Source of the DNA: Candidatus Omnitrophota bacterium
GTDB taxonomy: Bacteria > Omnitrophota > Gorgyraeia > JAFGIU01
Assembly: GCA_016929445.1 (NCBI GenBank)
Contig: JAFGIU010000057.1
Location: forward strand, 3,867 to 67,866
Direction of reading: 5' to 3'
Length of the DNA stretch: 64,000 bases
The position numbers and the translations under genes are program-made. The notes under the pieces are model-generated. The model did no database searches. It saw only the letters and a list, made by a program, of their open reading frames with translations, and had not been told where the DNA came from. Of the stretch, positions 56,126 through 63,168 are shown piece by piece (the stretch's first letter is position 1; every line of letters starts with the position of its first letter).

Positions 56126-57213
56126 CTAAACCTCGGGCTCGCTTCCGGGCTGCGGTATTCCCCGCAGTCCTTACATACGCTAAAGAACTTCTTGCGCCGG
56201 TGACTGCGGCGCAATGCGCGCATCTTGCCGCCGTTCCACAAATCCCTAACCGGAGTCTCCCGCGCATTGCCGATCACCAGATCACCCTCCGAATCGGCAC
56301 AGCACACGGTCACCCGCCCGTCCCACAAGACAATGGCACTCCCGCGCCAAAGCTCCCGGCATTTGTGCTCCCGCGGGTGCTCCTCCAATTTGGGAATGAG
56401 CTGCACGCGATCCGCGATCGGCCCCCATTCCTGCCGGTAGCCCGCAACGTCCCGCTCAGTTTCCTCCCAAACCACCATGGAAGTATCGATCTTGAGAGGG
56501 CTATGGGTCGCATCACGCATCTTTTTGAATTCCAGAATATTGCGTTTGAGTTGCTCGTACTCAAAGCCGCGAATCTTTGTGTGTGTGTCCCCCAAGCCGT
56601 CCACTGAAAACGTAATGCGATCCAGGCCGGACTCCAGGATACGCTTAATGGCCTGCGGGCTCATGAAAGTCCCGTTTGTGGTCATCATGGTGCGGATGCC
56701 CCGGTCATGCGCGTAGCGAATCATCTCCAGAATCCGCCGGTGCAACATGGGCTCACCCCACTGAAATACCAGGATGAATTCCAGCTCCGGGTGCTCATCC
56801 ACAATTTTTTTGTAAAGATCGAAATCCAACAGGCCCTTTTTGCGCTCCATCCCGTGATTGACGGGACACATGGCACAAGCCAAATTGCAGGCATTCGTGG
56901 CTTCCAGATTGATGGTCACCAGCTTGAATCCCCGCTCCCGGCCCAAAACAAAATAAAGTTCATTCATGAAACCATGGAAGGCGGACTTGAAATCGGGAAA
57001 CTTGACGGCCAGGATACCTGCCTGATCCGGACGCCGCAAATACCAACGGGCCACAAACCCCATAAAGCGTTCCATAATCCAGGATTCCCACACCCGGACC
57101 TTGGCCGTGGCCGGCGGGATAAGCACATCCTCCGGCCGGATTTGCTCCGTCTCCGGGCTGGACTTAGAATGAGCTATGGCCTCTTCGACAATCGGATCTT
57201 TTTCTTCCGGCAT
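56122..57213 (-). CDS. Radical SAM/SPASM-domain enzyme (second copy).
   Basis: CNLACAMC is the CxxxCxxC motif, with C-terminal Cys clusters (CCADSEGD...CKDCGEY). The start is uncertain: ATG 57213 overlaps the divergent plus-strand gene by 38 nt. An alternative is ATG 57078 (MERFMGF). Confidence 0.7.
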   Translation of the reverse strand: MPEEKDPIVEEAIAHSKSSPETEQIRPEDVLIPPATAKVRVWESWIMERFMGFVARWYLRRPDQAGILAVKFPDFKSAFHGFMNELYFVLGRERGFKLVTINLEATNACNLACAMCPVNHGMERKKGLLDFDLYKKIVDEHPELEFILVFQWGEPMLHRRILEMIRYAHDRGIRTMMTTNGTFMSPQAIKRILESGLDRITFSVDGLGDTHTKIRGFEYEQLKRNILEFKKMRDATHSPLKIDTSMVVWEETERDVAGYRQEWGPIADRVQLIPKLEEHPREHKCRELWRGSAIVLWDGRVTVCCADSEGDLVIGNARETPVRDLWNGGKMRALRRSHRRKKFFSVCKDCGEYRSPEASPRFS

Positions 57214-59053
57214 TCTCTTTACACTCTGGATTTGGCTCGTATTTTACGAGCTGGGTCGTTTTGTCCTCAACCGGTTCAGGTTCTCTCCTGCTCCGGAAAT
57301 CCAAACACTGAGCTTTGCAGGCCTGGGCTTTCTGCTCTTTTCCCTGCTCACCCTCGGTCTCGGCCTCCTGGGAGGCTTTCATATCCCCGTCTTTCGATCT
57401 CTCTACGCGGCGGGCTGGACCGGACTCTGCCTGCGATGGGCTCAGCGCTCCCTCCCCTATTTGTTAAGGAAGAAGCCGCTTTGCCTAAAGCTGCCTCCCG
57501 CTGCCTGGGGCTGGACCCTGATTTTCTTGCTCTTTGCCTTACAAGCTTACTTGTCCTTTGGCCCGCCCATTGGCAGGGATGCTCTCAACTATCATCTCAC
57601 TTTGCCGCAGTTCTACCTGCAAACCGGGGGTATTGCCCTCATGCCCCAGAATCTGTACTCCAGCTTCCCCCAATCTCTGGAAATGGTCTATACCTGGGCC
57701 CTGGCCCTTGCCCCGGACTACTCGCCCAAACTTCTGCACACGCTCATGGGCCTTGCCTGCGCGCTCACACTTTTTGCCGCTTTGAGAAAACGCTGCCCCG
57801 ACGGCATCGCCCTTCTGGCAACGAGTCTATTCTATTCCACTCCTTTGCTCGGCCAAATAGGACCTTGGGCTTATGTGGATCTGGCCTTGGCCTGGGCCGA
57901 GCTCCTCGCCCTGCTCTATGTGTTGGACTGGATGGAAAACGCCAATCCGCAGCGTCTTTGCATAGCCGGCGCTTTCACGGGATTGGCCCTAGGCGTCAAA
58001 TACTTGGGCATGCGGCTCCTGCTGATGCTGCCGCTTCTCGTCCTGGCCTACACATTCAATGAACGAAAATCCTTTAAAGAGACTTTTAAGCTCCTCGGCC
58101 TGTTTCTGTTGCCCGCCCTGGTCTTGGGAGCCCCCTGGTATCTCAAAAACCTGGCCTTTACCGGGAATCCCATCATGCCCTTCTTGTATTCCGTGTTCGG
58201 CGGGCCGGACTGGGATGCAGAACGCGCCGCCCTCTTTGCTCAATTTCTCAGAACCTATGGCTTTGGAACCCGAGTCCCGGACCTGCTGCTATTGCCCTGG
58301 CGGCTGAGCGCGTACGGTACCGAAGGGATTGCTCACTTTGACGGCTGGATCGGCCCCGGATACTTGCTCATGACTCCCGCCCTGTTAGGCATCGGTCGAG
58401 TGGCGCGCCCAATACGCTTTGTCGCGCTCTATGCAGGCCTCTCTTTTGCGCTCTGGACCGGGATGAGCCAACAAGCCCGCCTGCTGTTGCCGGGCCTTGC
58501 AATCTTTGCGCTGGGCTGGGGCCCTTGTTTCAGAGAATTCCGCGCAGCTTGGCCGCGAGCGGCACAGTGGCTGGGGATCGTACTCGCACTCACCTGCGTT
58601 TGGAACATTGGCCCCACTCTGGCTCGCGCCATTAACGACGGGCCCGCCCCTATTTGGAAGAGGGAAGTTTCACGCGAGCACTGGCTCGCGTCCAGGCTGC
58701 CCAGCTACACAGCTGTCAATCACATGAATCGAAACCTGCCTCACGACGCCCGCGTGCTCTTTGTGCACTTGGGGAATATCGCCTACTATGCGAATCGTTC
58801 GTATATTGAAGATCCGCTTTTCCAGGAGCACACGCTTCTGGAAAACATCCGCCACAGCGCTTCAGATTCCGGTCTGGCAATGGCGCTCTCCCAAGATGGG
58901 GTGACTCACCTACTTATCAACGAGCAGGCCTGGGCCGAGTTCGGAGCACCGGAACTCAGCAAGGCTGAAGCAGAGCGCTTCCAAAGGTTTCGGGACAACC
59001 ACCTCAAACCCCTTGCAGGCGACGGGACTTATTACTTGTATGAGCTAAGTTAA
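57176..59053 (+). CDS. Polytopic membrane protein, probably a GT-C-fold glycosyltransferase (ArnT/PMT-like; family uncertain). The only plus-strand gene in the window.
   Basis: A 625-aa ORF with 12 or more hydrophobic helices. It has a periplasmic loop with RDALNYH and a C-terminal soluble domain. ATG at 57176. It is convergent with the pilin genes. Confidence 0.55.
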   Translation: MASSTIGSFSSGILFTLWIWLVFYELGRFVLNRFRFSPAPEIQTLSFAGLGFLLFSLLTLGLGLLGGFHIPVFRSLYAAGWTGLCLRWAQRSLPYLLRKKPLCLKLPPAAWGWTLIFLLFALQAYLSFGPPIGRDALNYHLTLPQFYLQTGGIALMPQNLYSSFPQSLEMVYTWALALAPDYSPKLLHTLMGLACALTLFAALRKRCPDGIALLATSLFYSTPLLGQIGPWAYVDLALAWAELLALLYVLDWMENANPQRLCIAGAFTGLALGVKYLGMRLLLMLPLLVLAYTFNERKSFKETFKLLGLFLLPALVLGAPWYLKNLAFTGNPIMPFLYSVFGGPDWDAERAALFAQFLRTYGFGTRVPDLLLLPWRLSAYGTEGIAHFDGWIGPGYLLMTPALLGIGRVARPIRFVALYAGLSFALWTGMSQQARLLLPGLAIFALGWGPCFREFRAAWPRAAQWLGIVLALTCVWNIGPTLARAINDGPAPIWKREVSREHWLASRLPSYTAVNHMNRNLPHDARVLFVHLGNIAYYANRSYIEDPLFQEHTLLENIRHSASDSGLAMALSQDGVTHLLINEQAWAEFGAPELSKAEAERFQRFRDNHLKPLAGDGTYYLYELS

Positions 59054-59058
59054 ATAAG

Positions 59059-59171
59059 CCGTCATCCCGAGCCGCCATAACTTGTGGCGGAGAAGGGATC
59101 TGTGTTCCGTAAAGATCACCGTGTCGCGGAGTTTACCCTGAGCCCGGCCGAAGGGTTCCTCGTGATGACGG
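59059..59171. repeat. Family-A repeat copy A4: CCGTCATCCCGAG...CTCGTGATGACGG, with an internal hairpin CCGCCATAACTTGTGGCGG.
   Basis: Inverted arms at 59059-59071 / 59159-59171. It lies immediately 3' of the plus-strand gene's stop. Confidence 0.45.
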
Positions 59172-59290
59172 ACTCTGCTCCGCAGCGGGTGTCGAGCACC
59201 TAGCAGTTCCGCCAACCTCACCGATAGTAACCGCTTCTTCAAACCCGAATATGCTGGTTGACCGGGTGCCTGACACCCAAAAAGCTCAGT

Positions 59291-59328
59291 TAAAAACGAA
59301 AAAGGGGAGAAGGCAATGCCTTCTCCCC
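59291..59328 (-). terminator. Rho-independent terminator downstream of the tandem pilin genes. On the minus strand it reads GGGGAGAAGGC-att-GCCTTCTCCCC followed by TTTTTCGTTTTTA.
   Basis: A perfect 11-bp GC-rich stem (59304-59314 / 59318-59328) with a 3-nt loop. On the plus strand it is preceded by taaaaacgaaaaa, which is the U-run on the minus strand. It lies about 25 nt 3' of the pilin stop at 59353. Confidence 0.6.
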
Positions 59329-59352
59329 TTTCGACTCCCCCCTCCAAACCGG

Positions 59353-59679
59353 TCAACCGGTAGTTACCTTATTGACCACGCCTGTTCCGGAGGCATAAGT
59401 GTAAGAGTACGGCGAATCAAAGGTCGGAACCTGAGCATCAGCAAACAAACTGGTCATAATGGTCGCTGGAAAGGTGGCACCCGATGCCAAAGTCGCGGCG
59501 GTCTCACCATAATAACTGCCTACTGCCGTCCGCATATTCCCCACATTCCCTTCTGCAGCAGCGTTGGACGCCTCATCCCTCAATTCGACAAATCTAGGAA
59601 TTGCCACAGCGGCCAAGATACCGAGAATAACAATCACCATGACCAATTCGATCAATGTAAACCCTTCAGCCGGTCTCAT
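59353..59679 (-). CDS. Type IVa pilin (major pilin candidate), copy 1.
   Basis: MRPAEG|FTLIELVMVIVILGILAAVAIPRF is a class III prepilin signal. The start is ATG 59679 with the SD GGGGTGG. The track start at 59685 is GTG. Confidence 0.8.
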   Translation of the reverse strand: MRPAEGFTLIELVMVIVILGILAAVAIPRFVELRDEASNAAAEGNVGNMRTAVGSYYGETAATLASGATFPATIMTSLFADAQVPTFDSPYSYTYASGTGVVNKVTTG

Positions 59680-59712
59680 ATCCACACCCCAGGCTCGACT
59701 CGGCCATACTGT

Positions 59713-60039
59713 TTAACCGTTTGTACCCTTGGTCACAACACCGGTACCCGAGCTATAACTGTACGTGTACGGTGATTCAAAGGTCGGAACTGTACCATCG
59801 GCAAATAATGATGTCGCCATCGCCGCCGGGAAAGTCGCACCCGATGTCAATGTAGCGGCTGTCTCAGCATAGTAGCCGCTTACGGCTGTTCTCATACCAC
59901 CAATACTTCCCTCAGCAGAGGCATTACGCGCTTCATCCTGCAAACTTACAAAACGCGGAATCGCCACAGCGGCCAGGATACCGAGAATAACGATAACCAT
60001 GACCAGCTCGATGAGGGTGAAACCTGATCTTTTTTGCAT
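59713..60039 (-). CDS. Type IVa pilin, copy 2 (tandem paralogue).
   Basis: MQKRSG|FTLIELVMVIVILGILAAVAIPRF. The start is ATG 60039 with the SD GGAGGTG. The track start at 60105 adds 22 non-pilin residues. Confidence 0.8.
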   Translation of the reverse strand: MQKRSGFTLIELVMVIVILGILAAVAIPRFVSLQDEARNASAEGSIGGMRTAVSGYYAETAATLTSGATFPAAMATSLFADGTVPTFESPYTYSYSSGTGVVTKGTNG

Positions 60040-60140
60040 CCGTATCACCTTGCACCTCCAGCGGTTGATTTGTACCCTTGATACCCACAGCCCTGCCCGT
60101 TCCAATGGGGACAGAATAGGAGTTCAGGTTATGTAAGGTA

Positions 60141-60156
60141 GCAAGCTATGTGCCAA
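60141..60156 (-). promoter_or_regulatory. Sigma54 (RpoN) promoter, -24/-12 elements TTGGCAC-ATAGC-TTGCT, about 100 nt upstream of the pilin genes.
   Basis: The reverse complement of 60141-60156 is ttggcacatagcttgc. The GG-N10-GC spacing is exact and matches the TGGCAC-N5-TTGCW consensus. A sigma54-type PilR-like regulator is encoded immediately upstream. Confidence 0.6.
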
Positions 60157-60283
60157 TTTTGAGAATGTGTTCTTCTTTTTCAGTAGGGTCTATTGTGATT
60201 TATGTTAAGGGCTTTCTTAGAGAGTTTAACCTGATGTGTATCAATGAACTTCCGGGAAAGACATTACTCAGATGGGTAATCGC

Positions 60284-61687
60284 TTACCCGTTTTCCGGAT
60301 TGTCCTCGTCCCCCTTCTCAAAGAGATTATACTTCTTCATCTTGTTGTGCAGGCTCTTGCGGCTAATACCCAACTCCTCCGCAGCACGCGTCCGGCTACC
60401 CCGCACGCGTCCCAGGGCCTCTGCAATCGCCCTTTTTTCCACTTGAGCCACGACATCCTCGAGCATTTCCCTGAGAGGACGCGACGGGTCCACATTCGAA
60501 AGATCCAAACCCGGCTTTGGTTTCGTCTTGCGCAGCAAATCCGGCAAATCTTCAAGACCCAATTCTTCACACTTGGCCAGCACTATAGCCTGCTGCAAAA
60601 CATTCTCGAGCTCGCGCACATTGCCGGGCCAGTCATAGTTCATCAGCACTTCAACCGCTTCAAGAGTAATGTGGTGTATCCGGCGATTCAGCGCTCCGTT
60701 ATACTGGGAGATTAGGTGATCTAAAAGCTGGGGGATATCTTCGCGGCGATCCCTCAAACTGGGAATCCTCAAGGGAACCACGCTCAACCGGTAAAAGAGG
60801 TCCCCGCGAAAGTTCCCTTTTTCGACTTCGGCCTCCAGATTCTTGTGTGTGGCGGCGATAATCCGCACATCCACCTGAACCGGCCCGGTCCCTCCGACCC
60901 GCACATATTCCTTTTCCTGGAGCACACGCAACAACTTGGCTTGGGTAAAAAGACTCATGTCGCTGACTTCATCGAGAAACAGCGTCCCCCCTTCGGCCAG
61001 CTCAAACTTGCCGGGCTTTGCGGATTCTGCGCCGGTAAAAGCCCCCTTCTCATGGCCGAAGAGTTCACTTTCCAAGAGAGTCTCGGGAATCGCAGAACAG
61101 TTGAGGCCCACAAAAGGCCTGTTTGCCCTAGCTCCTTCGCGATGAATCGCGCGCGCGACCAACTCTTTCCCTGTACCGCTCTCGCCCTGAATGAGAATCG
61201 TGACATCCGTATCAGCCAAAGTCGCAATCATCTCCCGCACTCGCGTCATGCCCATCCCGGTTCCGACAATCTCCCCGCCAACCAGAAAGTCCCCGCCAAC
61301 CAACGTATTTGTCTGCCCTATGGCCCGGGCCACCGACTCGCGGATCTTGCTCAACTCAAAGGGCTTGGTCAGGTACTCCACCGTCACCTTCCCCAGTTCG
61401 CCGGTCGGCATGCGCTCCTGTCCGTGGGCTGTGATCACAATGGATGAAAAATGTTCCCGGATACGGCTCATCTCCTCCAGGGCGTCCAAACCGCTCATTC
61501 CCGGCATGCGAATATCCGTGACCACGACCTTATAAGGAAAACGGCGCATCTCTTCCAAGGCTTCTTCGCCCGAGGATGTGAGCACTACTTCATATCCCAC
61601 CTTCTGCAGGGCATCCCGCAGGTACAGACGCATCCCCTCTTCATCGTCCACCACCAGAACTTTTTCTCTATCTTCGGCTTTGCTCAT
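60284..61687 (-). CDS. Sigma54-dependent response regulator, NtrC/PilR-like (REC, AAA+ sigma54-activation domain, Fis-type HTH).
   Basis: REC domain VLVVDDEEGMRLYL...[27 protein letters not shown] and [16 protein letters not shown]-terminal AAEELGISRKSLHNKMKKY. The start is ATG 61687, 2 nt after the kinase stop. Confidence 0.85.
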   Translation of the reverse strand: MSKAEDREKVLVVDDEEGMRLYLRDALQKVGYEVVLTSSGEEALEEMRRFPYKVVVTDIRMPGMSGLDALEEMSRIREHFSSIVITAHGQERMPTGELGKVTVEYLTKPFELSKIRESVARAIGQTNTLVGGDFLVGGEIVGTGMGMTRVREMIATLADTDVTILIQGESGTGKELVARAIHREGARANRPFVGLNCSAIPETLLESELFGHEKGAFTGAESAKPGKFELAEGGTLFLDEVSDMSLFTQAKLLRVLQEKEYVRVGGTGPVQVDVRIIAATHKNLEAEVEKGNFRGDLFYRLSVVPLRIPSLRDRREDIPQLLDHLISQYNGALNRRIHHITLEAVEVLMNYDWPGNVRELENVLQQAIVLAKCEELGLEDLPDLLRKTKPKPGLDLSNVDPSRPLREMLEDVVAQVEKRAIAEALGRVRGSRTRAAEELGISRKSLHNKMKKYNLFEKGDEDNPENG

Positions 61688-61689
61688 CC

Positions 61690-63162
61690 TCAACCTTTGT
61701 TCTGAGACTGCAACGGCAGTGTCACTGTAAAATTTGTGCCTTGCCCTTCCACGCTCGTCACCTGGATCTCTCCCCCATGATGGTTTACATTTCTTTGGGC
61801 AATGGCCAAACCCAATCCCGTTCCTCCCGTGCGGGTGGAAAAGAAGGGTTCAAAAATCTTGTCGAGTCTTTCCGCAGGAATCCCGAAGCCTGTATCCCGG
61901 ATCTCCACCTGGGCCTTTGCCCCTTCGTCGATGGCCCGGGTTTTCAAGGTCAGGATACCGCCATCAGGCATGGCATGGGCGGCATTCAATACAATATTCA
62001 AGAAAGCCTGCTGAAGCAAATCCAGATTCCCATACAGCTTGGCCGCCTCTTGCTTGTACTCCCGGACAATAGAAATTCGCTCCTTCCCCAACTCCTTGAG
62101 TCCGGCTAAGAGCAAACAGTGGTCCAGCAGCTTGTGCAGGTCTAAGGCCTCGTGAACTTTCTCCTCGGGCTCAGGGCGTGAAAGACGCAGCAATCGTTCT
62201 ACCAAAAGATTGACCCGGTCCACTTCCTTTAGAAGCAAACCCACGTACCGTCTATTCGGCGCATCCTCGGGCATGTCCTCGCCGATAAGCTCCACAAAGC
62301 CCTTGATCGACCCCAGCGGATTGCGGATTTCATGCGCCAGATTGGCAGCCAGTTCCCCCAATCCCACGAGCTTGTCCAGACTGGCCATACGCCGGTTTTC
62401 TTCCTCAAGTTCATTGAGGTCTTTTAGGTGAATGGCCACGCCCACAACCGTGTCGTCCTCGCGCTTCAGCAAAGCGGTGTTGAGTTTGACAGAGACCGAG
62501 CGGCCTTCCGCAGTATGCAAGGTCATGTCCGAGGACTTATTGACACGCCCTCCTTTCATGGCCCAGTCCAGAACTTCATAGAAGGGAGCGTTCTCTTGGA
62601 TCTTGGGAAAGACTTCGGAAATTTTCTTGCCCACCGCGCTTTGTGAGTCCGCGCCCAAAATCAAACGCGCAGTGGTGGGATTCATGGCCACAACACGCCC
62701 CTTCTGGTTCAAACTCAAGAACCCGCTCCCCAATCCCTGGAGAATGTGCCGGTTCACGGACACAAGGATCTCGTCAAAGGCCGCTCCCACCGAACCGATT
62801 TCGTCCGTCCGCAGCATACCCAGGGTCTGGGTTAGGTCCCCTCCGGAAACGCGTTCAGCTGCGGTAATCATGTGGCGCAAAGGCAGGGTGATGCCGTAGG
62901 CCAAACCTGCGCCGATAATCAAGGAGATAAACAGACTCGAAATAAGCAGGGTCTTTAGGCGGTCCATGGCCCTGGCAAGCTCCGCAGCGCCTGCCGGGGC
63001 CGCGCCGCTGGACACAAAGGAATCAAAGACACCCAGGTAGATGATCCCATAGCCAAAAACCAAGGCAGCAATGGTCAGAGGAATCGCAACGGTAAGACTG
63101 ATATAGACGCGTTTACCGCGAAGGCTGGAATAGAGGGGGCTGGAAACGTATCTCGCGGGCAT
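61690..63162 (-). CDS. Sensor histidine kinase (TM, HAMP, PAS, HisKA, HATPase_c), NtrB/PilS-like partner of the regulator.
   Basis: H-box LANLAHEIRNPLGSIKGF and G-boxes DTGFGIP / GGTGLGLAIAQ. ATG 63162 is preceded by GAGGA. Confidence 0.8.
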   Translation of the reverse strand: MPARYVSSPLYSSLRGKRVYISLTVAIPLTIAALVFGYGIIYLGVFDSFVSSGAAPAGAAELARAMDRLKTLLISSLFISLIIGAGLAYGITLPLRHMITAAERVSGGDLTQTLGMLRTDEIGSVGAAFDEILVSVNRHILQGLGSGFLSLNQKGRVVAMNPTTARLILGADSQSAVGKKISEVFPKIQENAPFYEVLDWAMKGGRVNKSSDMTLHTAEGRSVSVKLNTALLKREDDTVVGVAIHLKDLNELEEENRRMASLDKLVGLGELAANLAHEIRNPLGSIKGFVELIGEDMPEDAPNRRYVGLLLKEVDRVNLLVERLLRLSRPEPEEKVHEALDLHKLLDHCLLLAGLKELGKERISIVREYKQEAAKLYGNLDLLQQAFLNIVLNAAHAMPDGGILTLKTRAIDEGAKAQVEIRDTGFGIPAERLDKIFEPFFSTRTGGTGLGLAIAQRNVNHHGGEIQVTSVEGQGTNFTVTLPLQSQNKG

Positions 63163-63168
63163 GCGTCC

